Source: an uncultured Pseudomonadales bacterium (lineage in GTDB: Bacteria; Patescibacteriota; Microgenomatia; UBA1400; MFAQ01). Taken from it: a stretch of DNA of 50,774 nucleotides. The stretch is taken from assembly GCA_964586045.1 (NCBI GenBank), contig CAZPFY010000002.1, positions 5,833-56,606 of the forward strand, read 5' to 3'. Shown here one piece after another: positions 1-9,618 of the stretch (its first letter is position 1; each line of letters starts with the position of its first letter). Both the position numbers and the translations under genes were made by a program. The notes under the pieces are model-generated. The model ran no database searches. It was not told the DNA's origin and saw nothing but the letters and a program-made list of their open reading frames with translations.

Positions 1-85
1 TAGGTGGTGGAGCGGAGCTTTTGGACACCGGGGATTGAGGTGTTGGTGGTTGAGCTGGTCCTGGTGGTAAAAATTGGTTGTCCAT
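1..85 (-). CDS. 5' part of a Pro-rich hypothetical protein that runs off the window edge (MDNQFLPPGPAQPPTPQSPVSKSSAPPP...)
   Basis: Manual translation from ATG at 85; the frame is open to position 1 and divergent from the VanW-family gene. Confidence 0.6.
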   Translation of the reverse strand, partial: MDNQFLPPGPAQPPTPQSPVSKSSAPPP

Positions 86-129
86 ATAAAAAATAAAAAT
101 ATCGTTGTACTATTATTAGTATAACAAGA

Positions 130-1848
130 ATGAATAAAATAAAGAATCTACTGTTAGGAGTGCTGTTTGTGCTTTTTGTGTTTATTGCCGGTTTTTTGGG
201 GTTTTCGCTAAGTTATAGAGGCTTAATACTACCTAATGTTTTTGTCTCGGATGTTGATTTGGGAGGCTTGGACTCTTTTGTGGCTGAAAAGAAAATTAAG
301 ATGGAATTTGATAATAAGCCAAACACCATTGTCTTTTTAAAAAGTGACGGTACAGATTTGGGAAAGGTGGGAAAATTTGAAGTAGAGAGAAATTTTAAAT
401 GGGTTAGCGATCAGGCAATAAAAATAGGTAGAACAGGAAATTTGCTAGTAGATATTAAAACAAGGATTGATCTTATCTATAAACCAATGAGGCTTGAAAT
501 ACCACTTATTTTTGATGAAAACGAAATGGATAATTATTTGGAGGCACTTATTCAAGAGGTTCAAGTCGAACCAAAGTGGCCAATAATAGCCAAGAAGGAT
601 AAATCTTTTCAAATAATTGAGGGGAACAGCGGGCTGGTTTTAAATAAAGAGAAAATTAAAGCTGAAGTTAGACAAAAGCTTGGGTTGACCGGAAGGCAGC
701 AGTTGGTACTAGAAACAGAAGTGGTTGATACTTCTATAAATAAAGAAGCGGCGACCAGAGCAATGGAATTTTTAAATTCTTGGGGGGATCAAACCTTACT
801 AATAAAATATAGGGAGTACAACAAAAAATTGACGGTTGAAGAAATAGCTCCCCTTTTTGGTCTGACAGGAAATGTTTTAAACTCAGATAATTTTCAAATA
901 TTAGTAAGAGAACTTTCAGAAAAAATTGAGACAGATCCTAAAGACGCAGTCTTTGAATTTGAGAACGGCAGGGTTAAAGAATTCAAGGCAGAAGTGATTG
1001 GGGTAACAATGGACAAACCTAAATTCGAAAAAATATTAAGTGAAGCGTTGACTGATGGCAAAACAAAATCAATAGATATCCCGGTTATTTTGGAGTATCC
1101 AAAAGTATTGGCTGGTGATGTTAACAACATGGGGATTAAAGAACTTATTGGAGTCGGAAAGTCGAGCTTTAGTCATTCCATACCCAACAGAGTGTTTAAT
1201 GTTAATTTGGCAGCATCGAGAATAAACGGAGTGGTAATTGCACCAGGTGAAGAATTTTCGTTTGTTAAGGCCGTTGGGGATATAAATAGACAAACTGGAT
1301 ACCAAGCAGCTTATGTAATTAGCGAAGGAAAAACTGTTTTGGGTGATGGCGGAGGTGTGTGTCAAGTATCAACAACTGTTTTTAGAGCAGCTATGAATTT
1401 TGGGTTTCCAATTACTGAAAGAAAGGCTCACGCTTATAGAGTGGGATACTATGAACAAGACAGTTCCCCCGGGCTAGATGCGACGGTTTACGCACCAACC
1501 ACGGACCTAAAATTTTTGAATGATACGGGACACCACATATTAATTCAGGCAAAGGTAGATACAAAGAATCTAACCATGAAAGTTGAAATATATGGAACAA
1601 ATGATGGAAGGGTGTCGAGCATATCCAAGCCCGTAGTATCCGGCCAAGTAGGTGCTCCCCCAACTAGCTATATTGATGATCCAAACTTACCAAAAGGAAC
1701 AACAAAACAGATTGACTTTGCCGCGGCTGGGGCAAGAGTAGCCTTTGATTATAAAGTTGAGAGAGGTGGGGAAAGTCTGTTTGAAAAAAGATTTGTAAGT
1801 AGCTATCAGCCCTGGAGAGCGGTGTACTTGGTGGGGACTGGCCAATAG
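130..1848 (+). CDS. VanW/YoaR-family membrane-anchored protein with putative peptidoglycan-binding repeats and a C-terminal G5-like region
   Basis: N-terminal TM helix; VanW motifs NRVFNVNLAASRING...PGEEFSF, GGGVCQVSTT, ERKAH, GLDATV, DLKFLN. Confidence 0.85.
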   Translation: MNKIKNLLLGVLFVLFVFIAGFLGFSLSYRGLILPNVFVSDVDLGGLDSFVAEKKIKMEFDNKPNTIVFLKSDGTDLGKVGKFEVERNFKWVSDQAIKIGRTGNLLVDIKTRIDLIYKPMRLEIPLIFDENEMDNYLEALIQEVQVEPKWPIIAKKDKSFQIIEGNSGLVLNKEKIKAEVRQKLGLTGRQQLVLETEVVDTSINKEAATRAMEFLNSWGDQTLLIKYREYNKKLTVEEIAPLFGLTGNVLNSDNFQILVRELSEKIETDPKDAVFEFENGRVKEFKAEVIGVTMDKPKFEKILSEALTDGKTKSIDIPVILEYPKVLAGDVNNMGIKELIGVGKSSFSHSIPNRVFNVNLAASRINGVVIAPGEEFSFVKAVGDINRQTGYQAAYVISEGKTVLGDGGGVCQVSTTVFRAAMNFGFPITERKAHAYRVGYYEQDSSPGLDATVYAPTTDLKFLNDTGHHILIQAKVDTKNLTMKVEIYGTNDGRVSSISKPVVSGQVGAPPTSYIDDPNLPKGTTKQIDFAAAGARVAFDYKVERGGESLFEKRFVSSYQPWRAVYLVGTGQ

Positions 1849-1879
1849 ACCGCAGATCACAGATGTTAGATGACAAATC
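1845..1879 (+). repeat. 7-bp tandem array (NNAGATN family), copy 1
   Basis: atagacc gcagatc acagatg ttagatg acaaatc. Confidence 0.6.
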
Positions 1880-1897
1880 TCGATAGATGGTGTGTTC

Positions 1898-2176
1898 TTA
1901 GATGGTGAGGGTGGCTTTGCCTTTGGGATATTGTTTGATAAAGGCAGCGATGAGGGTTTGGTATGGAACCCCAACTTCAGCGGCTTTCTTCTTGAACTCT
2001 TGAATATGAAGACTAGAAATTCTGAATGAAACCATTTTGTCCTTAAATTGATTTTGGGCAATTGACTTATATCTTTTTATCTCTGATTCTAGGTTTTTGA
2101 CAGATTTCCATTCCCCAGCAAGAATCTCCTTTACCTGTTTTTTTTCTTCTGCTGTAAGTTTATGATTTTTGATCAT
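1898..2176 (-). CDS. Antitoxin, BrnA/CopG-like with C-terminal ribbon-helix-helix
   Basis: VSFRI...KKKAAEVGVPYQTLI motif; lies 1 bp downstream of a BrnT-like toxin; paralog of 23683..23961. Confidence 0.75.
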   Translation of the reverse strand: MIKNHKLTAEEKKQVKEILAGEWKSVKNLESEIKRYKSIAQNQFKDKMVSFRISSLHIQEFKKKAAEVGVPYQTLIAAFIKQYPKGKATLTI

Positions 2177-2177
2177 T

Positions 2178-2441
2178 TTATTTATTTAATTTTTTATTTA
2201 TTTTTCTATTTGCGTAGATTGTCTTCAAAAATATTTTTTCTTCGTCTTCAACAAAAGGTACACAGTGTATATACCCATTGATTTTAATAATGAAGATTTT
2301 TTGATTTTTATATCCTGGATTATCTATTACATCCAAGATATCTCCTGAGATAAGCTTGTCAGCAACCATAGAGAAAGAAACTGATCGACTTTTAATTAAT
2401 AAACGATCCTTTTCTTTGTTCCACTCAATTCTCTTCACCAA
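2178..2441 (-). CDS. BrnT-like (DUF497-type) toxin
   Basis: EWNKEKDRLL...RSVSF and PFVEDEEKIFLKTI motifs; toxin-first order; paralog of 23402..23686. Confidence 0.75.
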   Translation of the reverse strand: MVKRIEWNKEKDRLLIKSRSVSFSMVADKLISGDILDVIDNPGYKNQKIFIIKINGYIHCVPFVEDEEKIFLKTIYANRKINKKLNK

Positions 2442-2446
2442 GATAT

Positions 2447-2475
2447 AGTATAGAGGTGATGTATGACAATGTCAA
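2447..2475 (-). promoter_or_regulatory. Sigma70 promoter of TA pair 1, with a near-palindromic operator candidate over the -35
   Basis: TTGACA-17nt-TATACT on the - strand; TGACATTGTCA overlaps the -35. Confidence 0.75.
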
Positions 2476-2503
2476 TACACTGATTATGAGGTAAAATTAG
2501 CCC

Positions 2504-3559
2504 ATGAAAGTTTTGGCTATAGAATCTACTTGTGATGAGACCGCCGCGGCTGTGGTGGAGAGCTTTGGTGGTGGGGTGAGAGTTTTGAGCTCAGTTATAG
2601 CAAGCTCGGTGAAAATGCATGAAAAATATGGAGGAATTATTCCAGAAATTGCTTCTCGAGAACAAGTAAAAAGCATAACACCGGTAATTATTGAGGCGCT
2701 GGGAGAAGAAACTATTAATGAAGTAGAGGCTATCGCGGTAAGTTTTGGGCCGGGCCTGATGGGAAGTTTACTAATTGGAGTAGAAACGGCAAAGGTGTTG
2801 GCTTGGACTCACAGTAAGCCCCTGTTAAGAGTAAATCACGTAGAGGCTCATTTGATGGCAAATTGGATAATAGAAAAAAATCAAAAAATCAAAAACTCAA
2901 AAACTCAAAATTTTGAAGTTCCAGAATTGCCCGCAATTGGTTTAATAGCCAGTGGGGGGCATACGGGGTTTGTATATATGAAGTCGATAACTGAATGGGA
3001 GTGGGTTGGAGGAACAAGGGACGATGCCACAGGAGAAGCTTTTGACAAGGCGGCAAGAGCTTTTGGACTTCCCTATCCGGGTGGACCAGAAATAGATAAA
3101 ATAACAAAAAATATTTCTGATGAAGAATATAAAAAACTTTTAAAAAAAGAAAGATTGCCGAGACCGTTAATTAATAGTGAAACTTTGGACATGAGTTTTT
3201 CTGGGCTTAAGGCGGCGGTGACCAGAATCACAGATAACAGATTACAGATGACAGATGACAGATTAAAAATTTACGTTAGGGATTTTAGCGAGGCGGTAAC
3301 GGAAATTTTGGTGGCCAAGACAAAACTCGCAATAGACAAGTATGAAGTTAAAAGTGTTTTACTGGCTGGAGGGGTGGCGGCAAACACAAAAATTAGAGAA
3401 GGATTAAGAGCTATGGTTGAAAAGAGAGGCTTGAAGTTTTTTGTGCCTGAATTGAAGTATTGTGGAGACAATGCCGCCATGGTGGGGACGAGTGCTATTC
3501 TGAGACCTGATATAGCTAATTTCGAGGAATCCCCTGACCCGGGAATGAGTGTTGTATAA
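2504..3559 (+). CDS. tsaD: tRNA N6-threonylcarbamoyladenosine synthesis protein TsaD
   Basis: LAIESTCDETAAA, GGIIPEIASR, GPGLMGSL, NHVEAH, SGGHT, TRDDATGEAFDK, SFSGLK, GGVAAN, DNAAMV. Confidence 0.97.
   Translation: MKVLAIESTCDETAAAVVESFGGGVRVLSSVIASSVKMHEKYGGIIPEIASREQVKSITPVIIEALGEETINEVEAIAVSFGPGLMGSLLIGVETAKVLAWTHSKPLLRVNHVEAHLMANWIIEKNQKIKNSKTQNFEVPELPAIGLIASGGHTGFVYMKSITEWEWVGGTRDDATGEAFDKAARAFGLPYPGGPEIDKITKNISDEEYKKLLKKERLPRPLINSETLDMSFSGLKAAVTRITDNRLQMTDDRLKIYVRDFSEAVTEILVAKTKLAIDKYEVKSVLLAGGVAANTKIREGLRAMVEKRGLKFFVPELKYCGDNAAMVGTSAILRPDIANFEESPDPGMSVV
2876..2910 (+). repeat. 8-bp AAAACTCA tandem array inside tsaD
   Basis: aaaaatca aaaaatca aaaactca aaaactca; encodes NQKIKNSKTQN. 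Confidence 0.8.
3230..3264 (+). repeat. 7-bp ACAGATN tandem array inside tsaD
   Basis: acagata acagatt acagatg acagatg acagatt; encodes TDNRLQMTDDRL. Confidence 0.85.
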
Positions 3560-3609
3560 CAAAAGGCCAGGGTGAGGTAAAATTGGATATCGATATTGAG
3601 CAAGGGGAT

Positions 3610-3636
3610 GGATTGCCACGCTTCGCTCGCTATGAC
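3610..3636 (+). repeat. REP/RPE-like palindromic element (GGATT...ATGAC family)
   Basis: ggattgccacgcttcgctcgctatgac. Confidence 0.75.
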
Positions 3637-3644
3637 GAAATAAC

Positions 3645-5777
3645 ATGGATAAAAACTATAACCACACAGAAGTTGAGGATAAAATTTACAAAAAGTGGGA
3701 AGAATCTGGAGTTTTTAGCCCCCCTGCGGGGAAAGATTTGAGCGAGGGAGAAAAAACCTTTACGATTGTTATGCCACCACCAAATGCCAACGATCCCCTA
3801 CACGTAGGCCACGCGATGTTTGTTACTGTTGAAGATATCATGGTTCGCTTCCACAGAATGCTAGGCGAGTCGACCTTGTGGCTCCCTGGAACTGATCATG
3901 CCGGAATTGAGACTCAGTACATGTTTGAAAAAAAACTAGCCAAAGAGGGTAAGAGTCGGTTTGATTACGACAGAGAGACTCTTTACAAAATGATTTGGGA
4001 TTATGTCCAAGAAAATTCGGCTGTATCGATAAATCAGATGAAAAAACTGGGAGCAAGTGCTGACTGGACAAGACAAAAGTTTACTTTGGACAAGGACATT
4101 GTTGATTTAGTTTTGGAGACTTTTATAAAACTGAACGAGAAGGGTTTGGTTTATAAAGCAGAAAGATTGGTTAATTTCTGCACAAAATGTGGGACGGCAT
4201 ATTCTGAACTGGAAGTAGAGTATGAGGAAAAACAAGACAAGATCTACACAATTGATTACGGAGACGGTATTAAAGTAGCCACAACTCGGCCTGAAACAAT
4301 GCTTGGAGATGTAGCTGTTGCCGTTAATCCAAATGACTCTAGGTATAAAGACTTGGTTGGTAAAGAAATAAATTTGCCACTAACCGAGAGGAAAATTCCA
4401 GTAATTGCTGACGAGATGGTTGATATGGAATTTGGAACAGGGGCGGTAAAAATAACCCCCTCTCACGATAAGGCGGACTGGGAAACGGCCGAAAGAGCAG
4501 AGATGAACCTGGTTGAGATTTGTAGCAAATACACAGTAATTGGGGAAAACGGAAAGATGAATGAAAATGCTGGTAAGTACGCGGGGTTGTCTCTCGTAAA
4601 CGCTCGAGAAGCAATACTGAAAGATTTAGGAGAAAAACTAATAGAGACAAAAGATATTGTTCATAACGTGGGAACTTGTTACAGGTGCCATAGAATAATT
4701 GAGCCGATGCCAAAGTCCCAGTTCTTTATCAAAGTTCGCGGTATGGCGGATAAGGTCTTGGCCGCACTAGATAAAGGTGAAATAGAAATACTGGGGTCGG
4801 GACATGACAAAATTCTCCGACACTGGCTAGAAAACCTAAGGGATTGGAATGTAAGCAGACAAATTGTTTGGGGAATAAGATTACCTGTATGGTATAAAAC
4901 TCAAAAACTCGAAAACTCAAAAAATCAAAATGTGGAGTATTTGATACAGAAGGAGAGGCCGGGGGAAGGATGGGTGCAAGAGACGGACACTTTTGACACG
5001 TGGTTTAGCTCGGGTCAATGGCCGGTGGTAACACTTAAAACAGCCAAAGAAGAAGATTTTGAAAAATATTATCAAAGCAACAAAGACAATACCTCGGTAA
5101 TGGAAACAGCGTACGACATCCTCCCCTTTTGGGTAATGAGAATGTTGATGTTGGGCATTGAAATGACGGGACAAGTGCCTTTTAAAACTGTATTTTTGCA
5201 CGGACTGGTAAGAGATGAAAAGGGGCAAAAAATGAGCAAGAGCAAGGGTAACGCGGTTAATCCCCTGGAGTTGTCGGAAAAATACGGTACTGACGCCCTC
5301 AGAATGGCCTTGGTAATGAGTACAGCCCCAGGAGTGGACTCAAATACTGGAGAGAATAAAGTAAGAGGAATGAGGAACTTTGCAAATAAGATTTGGAATA
5401 GCGCTCGCTATTCAAGCGAGCTCAAAAACTCAAAAACTCAAGAAATCAAAAACTCAAAAGACGAAGAGTTTGAGAAGAAGATGAAGGAAATTGCAGATGA
5501 GATGACGAGGTTGCTGAATGAAAACAAAATTGGTTTGGCGGCGGAGACTGTTTACAATGAGTTTTGGCATTGGTACTGCGACGAACAAATAGAATTAAGC
5601 AAAAAAGGAGAGATTTCAAGTACGGTTTTGACCGGAGGGCTGAAAACTTTCTTAAAACTACTGCATCCATTTGTGCCGTTTGTTACTGAGGCGGTGTGGC
5701 AGGAAATTTTCCCTGGTGAAGGATTGTTGATTTCTCAGATATGGCCAGAACTGGATTCCGGGTCAAGCCCGGAATGA
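3645..5777 (+). CDS. valS: Valine--tRNA ligase, short form lacking the C-terminal coiled-coil arm
   Basis: PPPNANDPLHVGH (HIGH motif), GTDHAGI, ATTRPETMLGD, DWNVSRQIVWG, DTFDTWFSS, KMSKS. Confidence 0.96.
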   Translation: MDKNYNHTEVEDKIYKKWEESGVFSPPAGKDLSEGEKTFTIVMPPPNANDPLHVGHAMFVTVEDIMVRFHRMLGESTLWLPGTDHAGIETQYMFEKKLAKEGKSRFDYDRETLYKMIWDYVQENSAVSINQMKKLGASADWTRQKFTLDKDIVDLVLETFIKLNEKGLVYKAERLVNFCTKCGTAYSELEVEYEEKQDKIYTIDYGDGIKVATTRPETMLGDVAVAVNPNDSRYKDLVGKEINLPLTERKIPVIADEMVDMEFGTGAVKITPSHDKADWETAERAEMNLVEICSKYTVIGENGKMNENAGKYAGLSLVNAREAILKDLGEKLIETKDIVHNVGTCYRCHRIIEPMPKSQFFIKVRGMADKVLAALDKGEIEILGSGHDKILRHWLENLRDWNVSRQIVWGIRLPVWYKTQKLENSKNQNVEYLIQKERPGEGWVQETDTFDTWFSSGQWPVVTLKTAKEEDFEKYYQSNKDNTSVMETAYDILPFWVMRMLMLGIEMTGQVPFKTVFLHGLVRDEKGQKMSKSKGNAVNPLELSEKYGTDALRMALVMSTAPGVDSNTGENKVRGMRNFANKIWNSARYSSELKNSKTQEIKNSKDEEFEKKMKEIADEMTRLLNENKIGLAAETVYNEFWHWYCDEQIELSKKGEISSTVLTGGLKTFLKLLHPFVPFVTEAVWQEIFPGEGLLISQIWPELDSGSSPE
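4896..4930 (+). repeat. 8-bp AAAACTCA tandem array inside valS
   Basis: aaaactca aaaactcg aaaactca aaaaatca; encodes KTQKLENSKNQN. Confidence 0.8.
5421..5459 (+). repeat. Second 8-bp AAAACTCA tandem array inside valS
   Basis: ctca aaaactca aaaactca agaaatca aaaactca; encodes LKNSKTQEIKNSK. Confidence 0.8.
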
Positions 5778-5844
5778 CAGAGGTGTTTATTTGAAGGATT
5801 GCCATCTTCCCGATGTGACATCCGGAACGGGTCGCGGAAATGAC
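5753..5844 (+). repeat. Two tandem REP/RPE-like elements (5753-5778 and 5796-5844); the first supplies the last codons and stop of valS
   Basis: ggattccgggtcaagcccggaatgac and ggattgccatcttcccgatgtgacatccggaacgggtcgcggaaatgac. Confidence 0.75.
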
Positions 5845-5855
5845 AAGCGCTTGAA

Positions 5856-5889
5856 TTTAAAAAACTCCCCGTTTGTGGAGTTTTTTAAA
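5856..5889. terminator. Probable bidirectional intrinsic terminator between convergent valS and rplY
   Basis: Inverted repeat tttaaaaaactcc-loop-ggagttttttaaa with A and T tracts. Confidence 0.75.
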
Positions 5890-5899
5890 AATAAAAATT

Positions 5900-6571
5900 T
5901 TATTCTTTTGGTTTGGAGTCGGTAGCTGGTTCTTCACCATCCTTCTTTTCTTCTGTGGCAGAACCTTCGACTTCGGCTTCAACTACAGTAGTGTCTAGTG
6001 GTTCTTCTTCTTTTTGAAGATCGCCGAGAGCAACAACAATTGTTTCTGGGTCGGTTAGCAAGGTAACCTCTTGAGGAATGACAAGAGAGGAAACTTTGAG
6101 ATTGTCGCCTACCTCTTTAAGGTTAGAAATATCAAAAACAAATTTTTCTGGAATATCGGTAGGTAAGGCTTCGACTTCGATTTCGTCGAGATGGGTGTCT
6201 AAAACAGCCAGGCCATCTTTAACAAGTTGAGATTCACCTTCAAATTCAACAGGAACGTTGGCAGTAACCTTTTCCTTCAAGTTTACTTGGTGAAAATCAA
6301 TGTGATAGAGATTTCCTTTAATAGGATCTGTGGTGAAGCCTTTTACCAAAGTAGGCCTTTCTTTGGCCTCCCCTGGGATTGAAATCCAAACAAGGCTGGT
6401 CTCTCCTGCCTGCTTATAGATCCTTTTGAACTCAACTGCTGAAACCTGGGCAGAGATACTGTCAATAGTCTTACCAAAAATAGTAACAGGAATTAAGCCT
6501 TTGTTGCGTAGACTTTTTACTTTACTGCCTACAATATCTCTATTATCAGCCTTTAATGAGTATTTATTCAT
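5900..6571 (-). CDS. rplY: 50S ribosomal protein L25 (long Ctc form)
   Basis: LKADNRDIVGSKVKSLR...HIDFHQV...VPVEFEGES...EVEALPTDIPE, acidic tail; ATG at 6571 preferred because TACAAT lies 6 nt upstream. Confidence 0.93.
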   Translation of the reverse strand: MNKYSLKADNRDIVGSKVKSLRNKGLIPVTIFGKTIDSISAQVSAVEFKRIYKQAGETSLVWISIPGEAKERPTLVKGFTTDPIKGNLYHIDFHQVNLKEKVTANVPVEFEGESQLVKDGLAVLDTHLDEIEVEALPTDIPEKFVFDISNLKEVGDNLKVSSLVIPQEVTLLTDPETIVVALGDLQKEEEPLDTTVVEAEVEGSATEEKKDGEEPATDSKPKE

Positions 6572-6628
6572 GGAGGTATTGTAACTTAAATGCCCCAAAA
6601 ACTCTAGCCTGAAGAGACTCCCCCACGT

Positions 6629-9421
6629 TTATGGCTGCTTGGGAACAAAGTTTACCCCAAAAGTTGATGTTTTTATGCCTTGGAGATAAGTTATTTTGTC
6701 TGGCTGACTAGTTACTTCTGAAGTGATTGCTGATGGCCGTGATTGTTCTGGTATGTTGATTATCAAGGAAGAATCCCCTTCGTTTTGACCGGGTTGTTTG
6801 ATGTCTGTTATCGAATAAGCTACGGGCAAAAGAGTTCTTTCGGACAACGGAACGCTATATTTTATTTGCAAGGTTTGATTTTTATTGAGATCTGTGGAGA
6901 GAACAAACTGATATCTGGTTAGAGTGGCCTCTTCTTGAGCTGTTAGGGTGGATAAGGGAAGTATTCCGTCGTTTATTTTTAGCTCGGTAACGATAGAGTT
7001 TTTGGGGATAAAAAATTGAACAATTTCCATTAAATTTCGATTGATAAGTGGGGTGTTTTTTTGATATATATAATTAACATTTATTTGATGATCCACACTT
7101 AAAACGAGAGGCGTTATTGTGTGAGTTGTGGTTTTTTGTAAATAACCATTTAGAGGAATAAGAGAAAAATTGGAAAAGTTAAGGTGACTTGTCTGTGGAA
7201 GACAAAGACGCGACGAACTCATGGCAGGATGACAATCATACTTACGAACAGAACCAGAGAAATTTTGAGATAAAATGTTTTTTTCTACATCAGAGTGGCT
7301 TGACCAAAGCAAAAAGTCATTGCTTTTGAGTGATTCTGAGGCTAATTTTAAGACATCTTGCATACTTATTTGATGTTTTAAAATTAAGGAAACAATATTT
7401 GTAATTATTTCTTTAGTAGCATCTCCAGATGTTCCATTTTGCTGTTTTATTTTGTATTCGTCGACGCTAATTTGAGAAATTTGGCTCGAGAGGTTTTGAT
7501 TATTTTGAAGAATTTTTTCTAAAAGTGAAGTATTTAAAGCCAAAATAACATCCGGTTTAATTTTTAATTTTTTTTCCAAATACCAGGCTATATTTGTTGC
7601 GGTTTGAGGGTAATCGGGATTATAGTTCATATCCCTTAACTTCCAGATTGGCTGTCCAGTCAATTTTTCTACTAATGGCGGTGGTATTAAGGTGAATGTG
7701 TCAATGAGATCGATTTCTTGAGGCTGATACATTTTTTGAAAGATTAATCTTCCCCTATCAAAACTCAACTGATAAATAAAGTCTATGGCTCCACCAGTAG
7801 CTCTTTGCTCTGAAACGTTTTGAATCAGGACAAAAATATTGTTATTTTGCTTATCACCAAGAAATAAAGGTAAAAAATCTATTATTTTAATAACTTCCCC
7901 TATCTCACCTTGTACGGCACTAAGCTGTTTATATTCAAGATTTTGTTTTACTTTTTGGATTAGCGGTTTAGGCAAATTACTTTGGTTTAAAATTATTTCA
8001 AGCTGGCTAATTGACTCGTAGATCTGCTGAAGATTAGATTTTAAGGCCAGTGTCAGATTGGTATAGTTTTCTGGTGAATCTTGTCTGTTTATTGATTCAT
8101 AAATTGTTTCCGCCATGGAGTAAGTCTGCTGAAGATTTGTGGCAGTAGATTGGGAAAAATTTAGAAAGTTTAAAAAGTTTTGATTTGTGGCATCTAGCTT
8201 TGGAAAAAAAATTTTTAAAAAAGGAGATATTAGGCTGTAATTGGCTTCGGAAATTTCCTTATAAAAGTTAAATTTGTTTAAGCTACTTACAGACTCAACA
8301 AGATTCCCCTTTTTAAAGTAAAAAACTGTTTTTTCAAGAGTTTTTAGAGAAAAAAATGAGGATCCCACAAAAACCATTGAACAAATAAAACAGACCAGAC
8401 AGATAAAAACAACTAATTTTTCAACAAAAATTTCAATCTTTTTGAGCAACTTTGACCTTAGATTACCAGGATTTATTTCATTAATAGTGGACTTGGAGTG
8501 ATGAATTAGCTTTGAAAAAATGGTTTTTTTATGAGAATTTTTTAAAGACAAAGAATAGTCATTTAAATTTTCTGATTTTTCTTTTTTTAATTTTAAATAC
8601 GAACTAAGATTTGTTTCAAATTCTTCTTTTGGATCCCAATTTACTTGAGCTTTTGTTTCATAACAACTCTTTTGGAAATTTGATTTTGAGCCTAACAAAG
8701 CAACGTTGTTATTGATTTCAAACTCTTTGTCAAATATTTCCAACAAGCTATTTTTTAGCAGGTAGGCAAGTGATAAATCTTTTAATTCATCTCCTTGAGC
8801 AAAAAATTCTTTACCGTTGGTGTTTGAAAGAAAAAGGGTTTTTTTTATTAGGTCAAATAAATCGACAATTGAGAGAGGGTAGTAGAGAAAATTTCCTTTT
8901 TGAGAGACGTCGATGAAGTTTTCGTTTATTACTTTATCGACATAATTATCTAGGAAGGTAATTGGTTTGCTTTCATTTAAGGTATAGAGATCCTGACAGA
9001 CTATTAAACGGTGAGATAAGCGACTGGTATCAATTTCTGAAAATAGCTTTTGAAATATTATTTGTCTTTCGTCTGTTTCGGGGGAGTGTAATAGTAAAAC
9101 TACGGCTATTTTTTGATTGTTTTCTTTTGCGCTTAAATATATTTGATATATGTCATTGGTTAGATCGTCTTGATATTTTTCTAAATCAAGAAACATACAA
9201 AGATAGTCAGAAAAAGAACTTTCTTTGTATTTTTGAAAAACAAGATCAGACAAGTGTTTTTTTTCACAAAGATATTTTTCAAAATCTGAATTGTTTGACC
9301 ATATGGAAAGTAATATTTTCCCTGAACTCATTAGTTTAGTATATTCTAAGTTTTTTTGATTCTTAAAAAAATACAAAACTATTTTTGTTATTACTCTTTT
9401 TATACCAAATCTCAGCCTCAA
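6629..9421 (-). CDS. DUF4012-family membrane protein (start uncertain)
   Basis: Central TM segment; VLIQNVSEQRATGG and LRDMNYNPDYP resemble the DUF4012 QN..E.R.TGG and RD.N..PDFP motifs; KQPG near the C-terminus. Confidence 0.7.
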   Translation of the reverse strand: MRLRFGIKRVITKIVLYFFKNQKNLEYTKLMSSGKILLSIWSNNSDFEKYLCEKKHLSDLVFQKYKESSFSDYLCMFLDLEKYQDDLTNDIYQIYLSAKENNQKIAVVLLLHSPETDERQIIFQKLFSEIDTSRLSHRLIVCQDLYTLNESKPITFLDNYVDKVINENFIDVSQKGNFLYYPLSIVDLFDLIKKTLFLSNTNGKEFFAQGDELKDLSLAYLLKNSLLEIFDKEFEINNNVALLGSKSNFQKSCYETKAQVNWDPKEEFETNLSSYLKLKKEKSENLNDYSLSLKNSHKKTIFSKLIHHSKSTINEINPGNLRSKLLKKIEIFVEKLVVFICLVCFICSMVFVGSSFFSLKTLEKTVFYFKKGNLVESVSSLNKFNFYKEISEANYSLISPFLKIFFPKLDATNQNFLNFLNFSQSTATNLQQTYSMAETIYESINRQDSPENYTNLTLALKSNLQQIYESISQLEIILNQSNLPKPLIQKVKQNLEYKQLSAVQGEIGEVIKIIDFLPLFLGDKQNNNIFVLIQNVSEQRATGGAIDFIYQLSFDRGRLIFQKMYQPQEIDLIDTFTLIPPPLVEKLTGQPIWKLRDMNYNPDYPQTATNIAWYLEKKLKIKPDVILALNTSLLEKILQNNQNLSSQISQISVDEYKIKQQNGTSGDATKEIITNIVSLILKHQISMQDVLKLASESLKSNDFLLWSSHSDVEKNILSQNFSGSVRKYDCHPAMSSSRLCLPQTSHLNFSNFSLIPLNGYLQKTTTHTITPLVLSVDHQINVNYIYQKNTPLINRNLMEIVQFFIPKNSIVTELKINDGILPLSTLTAQEEATLTRYQFVLSTDLNKNQTLQIKYSVPLSERTLLPVAYSITDIKQPGQNEGDSSLIINIPEQSRPSAITSEVTSQPDKITYLQGIKTSTFGVNFVPKQP

Positions 9422-9505
9422 AAATTTTTTTGCGTAGCCTTAAATTTTTGTTGTTTCTGTTATAACTTCTCACACATGAAAATTTAGGTTCAAGATTAAT
9501 ATATG

Positions 9506-9514
9506 TTATCCACA
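9506..9514 (+). promoter_or_regulatory. Perfect DnaA box
   Basis: TTATCCACA in intergenic DNA about 4 kb from dnaA. Confidence 0.5.
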
Positions 9515-9550
9515 ATTAAAATTGGAGTTATTTGTTATAGATACGGGGAT

Positions 9551-9588
9551 GGATTGCCACGGTTTGAAGTACCAAAACTCGCAATGAC
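9551..9588 (+). repeat. REP/RPE-like element, followed by a perfect palindrome at 9592-9609
   Basis: ggattgccacggtttgaagtaccaaaactcgcaatgac; ttgttggcgcgccaacaa. Confidence 0.8.
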
Positions 9589-9618
9589 GGATTGTTGGCG
9601 CGCCAACAACTATGTTGG

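Noticed and set aside
130-1848. Vancomycin resistance locus
   Set aside because: Only a VanW-domain protein is present, with no vanA/B/H/X/R/S; the domain is widespread outside resistance clusters
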